This document shows positions 1-12,928 of a stretch of DNA of 64,000 bases, one piece after another. A program made the position numbers and the translations under genes. The notes beneath the pieces were generated by a model. That model did not search any database. It saw only the letters and a list, made by a program, of their open reading frames with translations, and was not told the origin of the DNA. The first letter of the stretch is position 1; each line of letters starts with the position of its first letter. The stretch comes from Octopus sinensis (taxonomy: Eukaryota): positions 7,006,001-7,070,000 of the forward strand of contig NC_043013.1 in the NCBI RefSeq assembly GCF_006345805.1, written 5' to 3'.

Positions 1-114
1 TATCTCCAGTGAACTGGCGCAGGACTGTTGTGCGTGGGCTGCCATGGTTCGAGATGCCTCGAGGGTGGTAGAAGAAGCCGACTCAACCCGCCCAGGGTGA
101 ATGTCACCACAAGT
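1..114 (+). mobile_element. 3' end of an RTE-clade LINE (fragment)
   Basis: Translates ...NWRRTVVRGLPWFEMPRGW; ends actcaacccgcccagggtgaatgtcaccacaagt, an RTE-like terminus, followed by (ATAC)n. Confidence 0.4.
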
Positions 115-162
115 TCATACATACATACATACATACATACATACATACATACATACATACAT

Positions 163-470
163 AGCCTGGGATATGTAACACACTGCCTAAATACCAATCT
201 TGAGAAATTAGGCTTCTCAAAACCAGAAAGGGGAAAACTAATTCGAAGACTACAGATCCAATCCATCAGTGGAACTGTAAAAATCTGTAAAACTTTCCAG
301 AAGTTTATCATTTAAATATATATGAGCATGTCTAGATATGTAACTATATGCATGAAAATTCATACATAAAACATACAATACATACATACAAAAATTACCC
401 TAATATTGATGTTGAAATTCCAATGACGGAACCTTGGATCTAGGTTAGAAACCGGTTCTTTCTCTGTTAA
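163..470 (+). mobile_element. 3' fragment of an R4/Dong-type (RLE) non-LTR retrotransposon, family beta (same family as 59144-60190)
   Basis: LGYVTHCLNTNLEKLGFSKPERGKLIRRLQIQSISGTVKICKTFQKF plus 3'UTR; near-identical to 59775-60150. Confidence 0.75.
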
Positions 471-1379
471 TGACATACATATAAAACAGGCTTCTTTCAG
501 TTCCCGTCCACCAAATCCACTCAAAAGGTCTTGGTCGACCAAGAGCCATAGTCGAAAATACTTACTAAAGTCGAAAATACTTTCTCTGAGTTTGCATATC
601 GTTTCAACGATATGGGTTGCAGTTAGTCAATCAATAGAACTATCTTCTCATTACATGATAGGATAAGCAAGCATAAAGATATTTCGTAAGCATTCGTAAT
701 ATTAACAGAATCCACAAGCAAATTCGTTGTAACAAAATACGTGTGCAGTCTTTCGGAGAAGGAAGTGAGGAAATGACAGAGTTTTCCTTTCCTTGCTTTT
801 AGACACAAGGCCTATTGTTCCTAGACTGTACATGGGATGTCGTCATTTGGAAGTGTGTTAACCATTCGGCCTTTTATATAAGTGAGTGTGTGAATGAGTG
901 AGTGAGTGAGTGACTAATGGATGACTGATTCTGCGTGTGTGTGTGTGTGTGTTTGTGTGTATGAGAGAGAGTTAGAGAGAGAGAGAGAGAGAGAGAAGTC
1001 AGTATAGTCAGACAGAACTTTTTTCCATGAAAAAAAAAACACGTAACTGAATCAAATTAAGCTGAAGTTAATATAGTAAACGGTTTTATTATCCAAAATA
1101 ATATAAAAATATATAAATAATGGTTGCAAAACAGATAAATTCTTCAGTTTATATCTCATTTAAAAAATATATATATAATCTTTGTTTTTAAAAAAAAACT
1201 GCTTCTTTTATAGTTTCTTTATTTATTCGTTTGTCCTATTTTTGAAGACATATAAACACATCCTACTGTTTCATTTTAATTTCTACAGGAAACTGCCGTC
1301 GCGATGTCTTGGGCTAGTTTCTTGTTTTCTCTCTGCTGTTTACAAATGGGAATAAACATTCTATCGTTATTACTTCTCC

Positions 1380-1590
1380 AACCCTTTTGTTACCAACCCG
1401 GCTGAAACCGCCTCTGGCTCTGAGTACAAATGTCTTGTTTTCATAAGTTTTGAATTTAAATCTTCCACCAAACCTTAGTCACAATTCATGTTCCTAACAC
1501 TTGCTTATTGATAACTAAGTTATTTTACTAAAATTGTAATTGAAAGAAACACAGAGCATCTCAAAATAAATACAGTAACAAAAGGGTTAA
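1380..1590. mobile_element. Short TIR element (piggyBac-like MITE)
   Basis: Termini aacccttttgttac (1380-1393) and gtaacaaaagggtt (1575-1588) are perfect inverted repeats. The right end reads GGG-TTAA; the left TTAA is degenerate. Confidence 0.55.
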
Positions 1591-3470
1591 TCGAATGAAG
1601 AGTTCCTTTACATGTTATGGGTTGAAAGCGGATTGTTCGGGCGTGGCACATCCCTTTACGGGTTATTGAAAATGGCAGCTAAATGAAACAATGTGCTTCA
1701 ACCTTAAACCAAATATGTCTCGCATATTCGAAGTAAACCACCAAGTTAGGGACATTACATTGTGCATTCAAATCTTACTGAAGCCGAATTTGTTTTTCAT
1801 CTTTGCTAGGGTTAGTAAAATCAAGGATTCAAAGTTTGGCACAAGACTAGCACATTTAAAGAAAGGGGTAAATCAATAAAGTTGAGGATAAAAGGCAAAC
1901 TCGACTTCAGCAGAATTTGAACTCAAAAATGTAAAGAGTCGGAAAAAATTCCACTCAGAGCTAACGATTCTGTCAGTTCGATTGGTAAAAAAATAATGGC
2001 TCCGAATACATTGGAATTGTTTGTATATAATTTTACTATATTCTACGAAAATTGCCCTTGTGCTTAACTGGATGGAATTTATTATAATTTATAGGAGTTG
2101 CGTTGCTGAAGAATTTGTTTGTGTCTGCTACCAGCTAATAACTTTTAATATTCATCAATGCGGTCTAACTTCAACTGTTCTTAAAGCATGCAAGTCAAAG
2201 AAAAGTTTATAGGTATTTTTTTTAAGAATTCGTGAAGCGACATCCATCTGGTAAAATAGAGGATTCGATTCATTGACATACAGAATTCACTTTCATATTT
2301 CTACATCTTGCGTTCAAATCTCAGACTAAATCTAACTTCGCCTTTTTTTTCCTTTTTCGACTTTCGGTGACCATACATACAGTATTAATAATATACAATG
2401 TAACCTAAAAAATTCGGAAACTCACTTAGTCTGGTATTTTCTAATTTAACTAACAACAATAAGAATTTTCACTCGCCCTCCCACCAAAACAATCTTAATT
2501 AATTTTTTTCCTTTCTTTCTTTTTTTTTCTACTCCCTGTCATACATTGTCGTTAATACATATTTTCCCTCCAAAAGTTCAGAAATATAAACTAGAATCTC
2601 ATGAATCATGCTGCTAGTGTTTACTTTTACTGTTTAAATGTACCACATGTACTATTAATGAATTTTCTTTCTGAATGACAAAAACATGTCATCTAAATAC
2701 GGAATATTCCCAAAGCCAGCATGTGTTGGTTTCAAAGGATTCCAAATCATTAAACATCTGTGCATTTGAAACAGTCGTAACAGTATCGGATAAAACATCC
2801 CTTGGTATTTTACTATCTCATCACTGCACATTCTGCATTCAAATCCCGACAAGGTCGACTTAACCTTTGGTACAATCGCAAAGCGATAAAATGAGTACCA
2901 GTGTTATACTAGGGTCACTATAATTAACTATTCCCCTCCCATAAAATGTGTACCCACAAGCGCGGGTTAAGTTCATTTATCTTCATTAAATATTGACTTT
3001 GGGCCCAATTGGCAGACAAAATAATGCAACTGCGTATTAATAGAGATTGTTGCCGTGCAAAGAATTTGATGTCTTTTGTGTGAGCGACACACTTTCAGTT
3101 CATTATTAGAATTACTTGACACCATGCTGTCTGTGCACCTGTGGCAATAAGGTCGCCTTTATGTGGCCACTAAACCCACCTGCTAGAAAAAGCAGTGTCA
3201 AATCTCCTTCAAACCACTCCCAACTACAGCGCTTCCTCTACGACGAAATGTTGGAAACCTATAAAAATAGAGCTGGGAGGTGGGGTTCTGCTGTCCAAAA
3301 TATATAATTTCTTGGCTACATATAACACTCAGTTATTCCATCTTATCACTTGAGAGATGAAGTTGGGAGAAAGAGTTTGTTGTTGATTAATAAAATCATT
3401 GTATTGAATAAATAGGCCTGGGGCTCGTGAAAAAACTCATTTATAAATAAAAAAGGGATATACTGTCCTA

Positions 3471-3522
<52 letters not shown>

Positions 3523-3694
3523 AAGATGCCACATTGGCTAATGCAGTCAGAGGTATACTTTCTTTTCATTTTATCCTTAAAAAATCCCAAACGAGTCGAA
3601 AAGCCACTCAGTGTAAGAGAACGCTGTGAGTTTCGGGTCTCGTGAGATGGCTCAAAGTGATCTAGGACTAAGAAAGTTTATACGAGTACTTCCT

Positions 3695-3751
<57 letters not shown>

Positions 3752-4027
3752 ACGATCGAAAAGATTAAGACTGACGATGTCACGTCACTGTAACAGGGGA
3801 TCGATCAAATTACAGACTCCCTTCTGAACCCGGTCGAGGAGATCCAAGTGACAAGATGGATATAGAAAGGATGAGATCGCCATGGCTTGGATCAATGCTG
3901 ACTAGGGGCTAAAAACAACAGCTCCCTTTGGAAAAGAAATTAAAGATGTATCAACTTTCCATATCTACCCAACACATATATACGGACACACACACTTTAA
4001 AAAAAATAATAACTCCCAGACTTCGCC

Positions 4028-5263
4028 CTATTCTTGTGTCTTATTGGGAATGAATTTAAGGAATTGTTCAACATTGTACGAATCGGTTTTAATACCAAGT
4101 TCCTCTGAGAGTTTTATCAACGACTTTTTAGCAGTTATTGGATCGGGTTCAACTGCAGCTATACTTGAAAAAGGTTCTTCTTCTTTATCTTCTAAAAGAG
4201 GCTTTTCAAGAAATTGATTGTATCGTATTTTCTTGGATTCGTGTTTGGCTCGAATTAAATTCATTTTTTGCTTGTCTTTGAAAATATGAGCATGCTCTGA
4301 AGCCAAGCACATAATCCCCGCTAAATACGTTTGACTATATTTACATTTTACATGTGGTTCGATACCCAGAGATATTAATAAGACGCAAAACATAATGTCA
4401 ACTCCATAACAGAACTTGATCCAATCTCTGAGATAGATGCCGCCCATTCGTGAATTAATCTCACAAAGTTTTGGTCCCGTCACTGACATAATCATTTCCA
4501 CGTTAAAAACGCCGCTTTCTAAACCGATTTCAAGACAACATTGGTAAGCAGCAACGATCAGTTGGTTCTGCTTTTCATCTGAAAGAATCGAAGGCAAAAG
4601 AGCTGCCGTTTCTGTGAAATTGGGTAACCTGGTTGGACCGTTATCCGACACAAAAGCTGCAATTAATTTACGCTTATATATTATGATATCCACATCATGT
4701 TCGGTGCCTTGTAAGTAATCCATCAATATAAAAGAACGACCTAGACATAAACCAACACCAGACATTTCTAAGTCCGATAACTGTTGATAATATTGTTGGC
4801 ACTCTTCTTCGTTTTGTACAAGTTTGACCCCAACTGCACTCGAGCCATATTCCAATTTCAATACTAAAGGTAAGGAAGGCTTGTTGTTTTGGAAGATTTT
4901 GGAGATATCAGACTGTGTGTTAATTTCATAAACGTTTGAAGAATACAAAAACGTACGTGGCCAATGAGGAATATCTCCCTTTCGCTTCTGTAGCCATTTA
5001 AAAGTAAGGTATTTATTTTTTGCAATGGTGCATGCTTTATAATTTGATCCTGTTAGGTTCAAAAGTTCGCATATCGCTGCCGCAAGACGGACATTTTCAT
5101 CCCAGAAAGTAATACAGCCATCAATTGTTATACCTCTAGCTTGAAGCTTGGCAATAATTTCGGTGGCATTTTTATACGTCCGTTTCAAGTCAGTCAGATC
5201 ATGTGGTATGAAAGTGATATCTTGACTCAAGTTTTTAGGTTTCTCTGTATTTACCAACACAAT
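4028..5263 (-). CDS. CARNS1: CARNS1-like terminal coding exon, C-terminal ATP-grasp domain
   Basis: Acceptor ttattccacag|ATT; 411 aa plus stop. Motifs DGCITFWDE, KLEYGSSAVGV, GTEHDVD, AFVSDNGPTRLPNFTETAA, GVFNVE, EINSRMGGIYLRDW and EEPFSSIA closely match CARNS1. Confidence 0.97.
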   Translation of the reverse strand: MVLVNTEKPKNLSQDITFIPHDLTDLKRTYKNATEIIAKLQARGITIDGCITFWDENVRLAAAICELLNLTGSNYKACTIAKNKYLTFKWLQKRKGDIPHWPRTFLYSSNVYEINTQSDISKIFQNNKPSLPLVLKLEYGSSAVGVKLVQNEEECQQYYQQLSDLEMSGVGLCLGRSFILMDYLQGTEHDVDIIIYKRKLIAAFVSDNGPTRLPNFTETAALLPSILSDEKQNQLIVAAYQCCLEIGLESGVFNVEMIMSVTGPKLCEINSRMGGIYLRDWIKFCYGVDIMFCVLLISLGIEPHVKCKYSQTYLAGIMCLASEHAHIFKDKQKMNLIRAKHESKKIRYNQFLEKPLLEDKEEEPFSSIAAVEPDPITAKKSLIKLSEELGIKTDSYNVEQFLKFIPNKTQE

Positions 5264-6512
5264 CTGTGGAATAAATTAACAAAAATGAAACATATTTTGG
5301 GAAAAAATAAAATACATAGAAATTTAAGAATAGAATCATGTCATAAATCTAGCAGTTATATGATCAACGGGATTCCAACGGTTGACATCCCGTAATATTA
5401 AAGGCGTTTGGGATTTATATTATCTAACGTCTTCACTTGTTGTCATTGTCGCCATCTTCCTCTTCGTTGTTGATATTGTTCTGGATGGTAGGATATGATT
5501 TTAGAGATATTTTGGCTGTTATTTCAAATCTCGTTCAACTTTGTAGAATAGTTTTCATAGTCCTTACGTATAGCGTAAAAGAGTTTCGGAAAAATTCTCC
5601 TTACTTATACTGACTATAAAGTCATTAAGAACATCAATCAGTTACTTTTTCATTAGGTTAACGCGCAGTTTACCGTCGTGAAAAAGTGAAAGTAAATTGT
5701 TCTTAAAGAATGAAAGTATGGTAATAAAGAAACTGGAAGTGACAACAGTGACATCCGTAATTTCATGTAAATACCGTATGTGACATAACCAGTGTATCCG
5801 ATAGATAAACGCACATTTATTTAATATTACATGAAAAACGTACATATATTTAATATAAGATGACAAAAAAATCACATTTACAGGAAAGCATAGAAGTCAT
5901 TGATGCATGAAATGAAATTCGCGAATAGTTTTTCACGATCTTTAAATCTGCTTCGCCACTCATACTAACGGAGATATGATAGCAATAAATCATTGCTAGT
6001 CCCATATTGTTGCCTAAGTCTTTTGTTGACGAGCACCCATCGCCCTTGTATAGTTGTATGTAAGTTATCAATCTTGTGAGTATAGAAGTTACTGAGGCCC
6101 ACATAAAAAGCCCACCCGTTGGTTATCGAACGCGTTCTATGAAATTTTGGTTAATCTCTATTGTCTCTTCTGATATCTAATGCAATTTATTTTCCCTGTT
6201 TTATAACAGTTAGCTGCTTATTAACCTTTCATTCATTACAGATTCGTTTTTTTTTTCTTTTTGTTTATATGTATCGTACTACTTATATAGAAAGCCACGA
6301 AACTATAATGCAAAGGGATTAAATCAGGCGTGCATAACACAAATAACTGAAAGCTCGTCAGTTCCCACGAGGCCACTCGCCTTCACCCATTTCTGACAAT
6401 AAAAAAATCTGAATTGAATTGAAAATTGAAACGACAGATTGCTTGACAGATATGCCAAGTCAGCCATTATAAAAACAGCGAACAAGCTAGGAAATATACT
6501 TCAAATATTCAC

Positions 6513-6775
6513 CTTAATTCCGTAGTCTCTGGTATCCTTCAAAGTAAACCGTTTTCCGTACGATCCATCACCGACGAAAAGTACAGTTTTACCTTTCACC
6601 AGAAAACGTTCGGATCTTGAAATCATGGTATTCACCAGTTCTTTGGCAGCTTCTCCAATTTTATCTTTGTTGATGAATTCGTTAATTTGGCAGTTTATCA
6701 TGCAATCGTGTCCATTTACTTCAATTAACACGGGTTCGAATTTTGACTGATTTTTCCGCACTAAAAAGTCAAGTC
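6513..6775 (-). CDS. CARNS1: CARNS1-like coding exon 7 (GLDFLVRKNQSKFEPVLIEVNG...TMISRSERFLVKGKTVLFVGDGSYGKRF...RDYGIK)
   Basis: Acceptor gaatttcag|GA, donor AAG|gtgaat; 263 nt (phase 1 to 0). Matches GVDF..PVALELNG..TMLRRS..GKQLLVVGAG..RDYGL. Confidence 0.95.
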
Positions 6776-6860
6776 CTGAAATTCAGAGTAGAGATAGTAA
6801 ACTAAGCGGTGAGATTAATACAGGTATATATGAAAAGGAGTGTATATATATATATCTAAC

Positions 6861-7865
6861 ATCAAAATAAGCAACAAGGATATCCAGAGGTAATGCAGTA
6901 CGATCGTTTCAAGCAACTCCATTTAATTGAACAATGCAATCATTACATCAATTTAAATGCAGAGCAATCCTCAGCTTCATAAAGACATAGAATTTAATTA
7001 AATTAAAATAGATGGACACATTAGTATAATTTTACCTAAAATCTCCAAGAAGGTTAGGAGATAGACAAAGAACATGCTGTCTTCACTTCAGCTTAGAAGC
7101 TACTAAGGTATCAGGAAGAAAGACTTGTTGCAAATTTTGTTTGTCACTTTTTTATGGGGTCAGTTTTAATTTATAGACTAGTTTAGCAAATATTTGTATA
7201 TCTAAGGCCAAAAGAAAAAGGAGCAGTGCCTGCTAGGAAGGGGGTTGAGGGAGTCCACAGAAATCACAGTGGGTATAGTCATAAAAAACTATCAAGATTT
7301 ATTAGAAGCAATATAATGAGCTTTGGTGAAGGAAATCTTAAATCAAGATGTTAGCTGACAATTAAAGGGGCTAGTCAATAGTAGACCATTGATAATGAAA
7401 CAGGGGAAATCTTATCATGTAGTACTATAGTTAAATATTTCAAACAATATTGTCATATTGTATAAAGTTAAAGTTTAAGATTATTCAGAAGATTGTTAAG
7501 AAGAATATTATAATAAAAGGATAAAAAGTTTTTTTGAATACTTTTGAGTATATGCCAAACTTTTACCACAATAGAGGGAGGAAAAGAAAGGATCTAGAAA
7601 TAGTTTAATATTTATACATATTATATACTTAAATACTAACTTATCAGATGGTATCTATGAAGATTGATCAATCGGTATTTACTGGTATTTAATGAAGGAG
7701 TACTGAGTTAAAAGAACATGCTAACTATATGTTAATTAAATTTTAATCTAAGCAGTTTATTTTAAGTAGTGAATATACCAGTATTGTTTTATACAAGCTA
7801 AGTATGAATTTATAGAGGTACAAAAATTAGATTTATTTTTGGATATCCTTGTTGCTTATTTTGAT
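6861..7865. mobile_element. ~1-kb AT-rich element bounded by perfect 26-bp inverted repeats
   Basis: atcaaaataagcaacaaggatatcca (6861-6886) and its reverse complement (7840-7865). Confidence 0.6.
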
Positions 7866-9769
7866 TTTAATCACCTTATTTTGAAATTGTATGGATAATA
7901 CCGCACTAAATTCTGGTGCCTCAACTGAAGTACCATATTCATCTGAATCTAAATTTTTGCTGAACTCGTCTACCATACCCACACGATATATATAACACAG
8001 ATTAACATGTCGCAACATAAAAATTAATTACCATACTCCATCTACATATAGAAGCATACGTACACTCTTATATGCATATATTATATGTATGTATGTGTAT
8101 ATGCATCCAGCATGCATATATGATAATATATATGGATATGAATATGTGTGTGTCTGTGGGTTTGTGTTTGTTCTCACCACCGCTTGGCAATCGGAGGTTG
8201 GTTTGTTTATCTCCCCCTAACATAACAGTTTCACTAAAAGCGACCAGTAGTATAAACACCAGACTTTAAAACGTAACAACTAGTGTCGATTTGTTCGACT
8301 AAATCCTTAAAGGTGGCGCCCCAGTATGGCCGCAGTCCAACGGCTGAAGCAAGTAAAAGATAAAAGACACACTGCAAAGATGAATTCCACTTCAGCCTCA
8401 GGTGTGTGGTTTGGTTTTATTATCTCTGATCCTTATTAATCCACCTCTACATAATCAGTCATCCTTCACCGTTAAAAAAAAATCCGTACATTTACTTTCT
8501 CTTCCATGCCTTCCATATTTTTGTTTCCAAAATATTTTCTCTTGAATTTTGCAGGTACCAAACATTCTTCACTCTTAGATATTTCAACTTTTCCTAACTT
8601 CTACCTCCCGTTCTTTACCATTCCTTACATACACCAATCATCACTCACTGTACATTTTCCCCAACAAAATCTTTCTTTCACCCTGTAGTTTTATAGGCCA
8701 TATAAATCATTGCATTCAAGTATTTTCTTATTTAATTCTATTTTCAGATTCATCTACCATAACTCAAAAGAGATTGCGATTGCCGTTTTAAAAGGTTAAG
8801 CTTAGATTTAAATGCTAATTTTAACCTTTTGTCGTATTCTTCTCTAAAACGATCCTTCTTACCAATTACTTTCAACGTTGCTCATTAGTTATTCCTAAAT
8901 ATTTATAGCCACCTGTATCTACACGTTTTATCATTTAGGCCTACTCACCTCACAAACACATCCCATTTCCCTCAAATACTCGTTTCTTTCTTTTACTAAG
9001 TCTTCAATCGCAAATTCCATCCTAATTGATTCGTTAAATTCATGCACTGTTTCCCCTAAGGAATTTTAGCTGATCTTCATTTCTTAATGAAAAGTTACTT
9101 TTATAAAATGTTGAGTCGGTGAGTGGAGCAGTGAAATCTGTAAAGCGTCAGACAAAAGACCTTGTAACTTGAAGCTATCAACTACGCCCTTATGCCCTGA
9201 GCTCAAATCACGTAAATATCAAATTTATTTTTCATTCTTTGAGTACATGATAGGCACTTCCCAAATTAATAATTATTTACATCTATTTAAAAAAAAACGA
9301 TACAGGTGAGTGTATCGGTGGAGGGGAACTGACAAACTTTTCTTCGGCTCTTTATAATGAATGAACCTTTATGCTTTGAGTTCAAACCCCACAAGCACTA
9401 ACTCTATATAGTGACAAGCAGATTCATACAATAAAATATATTATATCTATCATTATTTAAGTCTCTGTTTCTTTATTCCTTACACCACTGTAGAATTTTA
9501 ACCGAAGACCGCCAGTACAATCAAACTGCTATGAACAGCGATTTTAGCTCTGCATTAGTAACTATTATAGTGCGACTGATAGCGGAAATTACAATAACAT
9601 TTAAAGTTAAATTAATAGTTATCGCCATACTAATATGGCAATCTTATAAATATAAGACTAAAGCTGTCGCTGATTAGCTCCATGAGGCCATCGCCTTAAG
9701 CTAGCTATTTGACACACAAACTGCGTCCATTATAAAGTTAAATTGTTTTTTCTATAATGCATGGCATGC

Positions 9770-10022
9770 ATATATTAGAAGAAATAGGGTTCTCAGAAAT
9801 CTGGATGGTTTTATATTTACAGATTTTTATTAATATGTCACATGATTTTATAAGTCATATATTAGCGCTTGCATCTACTCTAGTAGACTCTCAAATCTGG
9901 AGAGTCTACTAGAGTAGATGCAAGCGCTAATATATGACTTATAAAAACATGTGACTTACTAATAAAAATCTGTAAATATAAAACCATCCAGATTTCTGAG
10001 TACCCTATTTCTTCTAATATAT
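9770..10022. repeat. Foldback palindrome, ~120-bp arms and 7-nt loop, in a CARNS1 intron
   Basis: 9770-9892 is the near-perfect reverse complement of 9900-10022 (gactctc-aaatctg-gagagtc centre). Confidence 0.92.
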
Positions 10023-10047
10023 AATACCTGCACATCACCTCCAAACC

Positions 10048-10130
<83 letters not shown>

Positions 10131-10304
10131 GGAGGTAATTTCATGCCTCATTCACTATTATAATGCGGTTACAATGACAGGATACGAAACAATCAATCAC
10201 TCTCTTAGCCTGCTGCATTTTCTATTCGGCTTCAAATAGCAAATTGTTTGACAAAATAAAATTCCTCAATAAAACAAATCAGTCTACAACGTTTTATACT
10301 TTAC

Positions 10305-10533
10305 CTATTATATCTGTCTGAGCACCAATTCCACCGCGTTCATCTTCGTTAAGTGACTCATCAAAGGACATGATGGCTTTCAGAGTCCGTTCAGACATGC
10401 TGATTAATTTGTTCTTGATGTCTTTTATATTTTCTTCTGAGACATGCCAGGTTTTGAGAGATGCTTCCAATGACTGTGGGATAGTGTTGTCTCCGTTGAT
10501 TGGCTTACACGACTTTGCAACGCCACAGACAGT
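10305..10533 (-). CDS. CARNS1: CARNS1-like coding exon 6 (TVCGVAKSCKPINGDNTIPQSLE...DERGGIGAQTDII/G)
   Basis: Acceptor attattttcag|ACT, donor ATAG|gtaaag; 229 nt (phase 0 to 1). Matches VVCGVGR...QRGGRRAHTDFLG. Confidence 0.93.
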
Positions 10534-10852
10534 CTGAAAATAATGAGAAGGTTTAATTTACGAAGAAAAGGGATAAGTGGTAGTGGTGGTTGGAGTAGGA
10601 GTTTGTATCTTAACTCCAACCACCACTATTACGGGTTTGCACGATGAGATCAGTGATAATCTGATTGTGCACACTTGTAGTTGGAGGTACTCCAGCCAGG
10701 ACCAACCCTCGCGTAAACATATATACAAGAATGTATAATCACACAGGCACACCACTTTCATCTTTCTCTCACACATACATATGCACACACAAATACATAC
10801 ATATACATGTGTGTGTGTAGGTAGGTAGGTATATATGTACACTTACATATAT

Positions 10853-11248
10853 GGGAAGCACTCCGTCGGTTACGACGATGAGGGTTCCGGTTGATCCGAA
10901 TCAACGGAACAGCCTGCTCGTGAAATTAACGTGTAAGTGGCTGAGCACTCCACAGACACGTGTACCCTTAACGTAGTTCTCGGGGAAATTCAGCGTGTCA
11001 CAGAGAGTGACAAGGCCGGCCCTTTGAAATACAGGTACAACAGAAACAGGAAGTAAGAGTGAGAGAAAGTTGTGATGAAAGAGTACAGCAGGGATCACCA
11101 CCATCCCTGCAGGAGCCTCGTGGAGCTTTAGGTGTTTTCGCTCAATAAACACTCACAACGCCCTGGAATCGAAATCGCGTCTGGGAATCGAAATCGCGAT
11201 CTTACGACCGCGAGTCCGCTGCCCTAACCACTGGGCCATTGCGCCTCC
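10853..11248 (-). mobile_element. tRNA-derived SINE family C, full length
   Basis: Head ggaggcgcaatggcccagtggttagg...ttcgattcc and tail gatcaaccggaaccctc...gtgcttcc; ~14-bp TSD acacttacatatat. Other copies at 18891, 23533 and 50164. Confidence 0.85.
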
Positions 11249-11270
11249 ACACTTACATATATATCTACCT

Positions 11271-11498
11271 ACGAGCTGGCAGAATCGTTAGCACTCCGGG
11301 CGAAATGCTTAGCGGTATTTCGCCTGTCGCTGCGTTCAGTGTTCAAATTCCGCCGAGGTCAACTTTGCCTTTCATCCTTTCAGGGTCGATAAATTAAGTA
11401 CCAGTTACGCACTGGGGTCGATATAATCGACTTAATCCGTTTGACTGTCCTTGTTTGTCCCCCTCTGTGTTTAGCCCCTTGTGGGTAGTAAAGAAATA
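11271..11498 (+). mobile_element. tRNA-derived SINE family A (A1 tail)
   Basis: A-box-like tggcagaatcgtta, B-box gttcaaattcc, conserved core gactttgcctttcatcctttcggggtcgataaattaagtaccag, tail gtgggtagtaaagaaata. More than 25 copies or fragments in the window. Confidence 0.85.
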
Positions 11499-12034
11499 GG
11501 TATATATGTATACTTACCTACCTATCTGGCATACATACTTACATATGTATACAAAAATATATACATTCACAGACGTACACAAACGTACACATACCAACAA
11601 AAAGAACCAAGCACATATACACATATGCACAAACTCACACATGCATATTATATACATGTGTGTGTGTGTGTCTGTGTATACATCACACACTCACACGTAA
11701 ATAAACACACCAGATGTATAATCCCGAATATGCATTTTCTTTAAACAAACGATTGTGTGTGATTTGAGTAAGTCTTAGTTTCCATATCTAGTAAGCCAAA
11801 CCACCATGTAGAGGTTCCCTTGTTGGTTTAATATTATTGGTTAGCGAGATTAGTAAAAAATAGAATAGATAAAAATAAGAAGACTGGTTATTAGCTTATT
11901 AGATTCCCTTGTTGTTTTAATGTTTTGTGGACAACTTGTTTTTACATACATGAGGATTCATCATGTACAGATATTAATATGGATCGGATATTGTTGTGAT
12001 GTGTTGCAAATGATGTAAAGTCAAACAAACTAAC

Positions 12035-12099
12035 CTTTGACACGTGTGGAAGGTCATCTGATGTTCGACACACTGTTGTTCTAACACGAAAGTTGTAAT
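12035..12099 (-). CDS. CARNS1: CARNS1-like coding exon 5 (DYNFRVRTTVCRTSDDLPHVSK)
   Basis: Acceptor gaaacag|AT, donor AAG|gttagt; 65 nt (phase 1 to 0). Matches RICAVVCRTQGDRPLLSK of CARNS1. Confidence 0.9.
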
Positions 12100-12359
12100 C
12101 TGTTTCATAATAATAAAAATAAAAAAAATAAAAATGAGCAAAATAAAATAATACTATTGCCTTGTGTGGCGGGGAGGGAAATAATCGAATACATTGATTT
12201 ATAACACAGGCAGAAGGCCACAGATTTGTAGTGAGTTGGAGAATAATCCCCAATTTGATTTTTAACATACGCGCATGGTCAGAAATTTGGAGGAAGTAGA
12301 TGGTCGGTGAAAATCCCTCAAGTACGTATTTTATCGACCCCCCGGAAGAATCACGTCCA

Positions 12360-12625
12360 GTAAGAGACTCTGGACGTCGACAGCAATTAACTGGTTGGTC
12401 TGTTCCAGAAGATTTTTGGTCTGGAGCCTAGGGATGACTTCCAGGAATCCATGTCCAAGCAATGCTACCAGGCGCATTGCCAGTTCAGGATAAACTCAAC
12501 AGGCATGGTTGAGCTGGACATGCCTGAGATGTGTGCTGAATGAGGAAACCATCTGCGCATGCTCGTACAGTACTCCTGGAATTTCTAGCTTCTGGAGTTA
12601 TGCCAAACAGCCTTTATCACGTATA
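12360..12625 (-). mobile_element. Degenerate RTE/RTE-X-like LINE 3' fragment
   Basis: Frameshifted translation resembling H.A.L....PV...L.WQ......WK...G.RP...W. Weak. Confidence 0.3.
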
Positions 12626-12865
12626 GGACGGATTCAGCTATCGGTTCAATTTCATTATTATTATCATAAGACGGCAATTTGCCCGAATTATTAACCCGCC
12701 GGATAAAATGCTTAGCGGCATTCCGTCTGTCTTTGCATTCAGAATACAAATTCTGCCCAGGTCGACTTTGCTTTTATCCTTTCGGGGTCAATGATACCAG
12801 TTGAGCACTGAGATCAATATAATCGACTAGTCCCCTTCAACAAAATTTCAGACCTTACGCAAAGA

Positions 12866-12928
<63 letters not shown>

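Noticed and set aside
1-4027. CARNS1 polyadenylation site or 3'UTR end
   Set aside because: Several AATAAA-like hexamers occur in AT-rich sequence; none can be singled out without transcript data.
4028-5260. 410-aa ORF as a stand-alone or bacterial ATP-grasp gene (possible HGT or contamination)
   Set aside because: It begins at a splice acceptor and joins in phase with seven upstream exons of a CARNS1-like gene in eukaryotic repeat-rich DNA.
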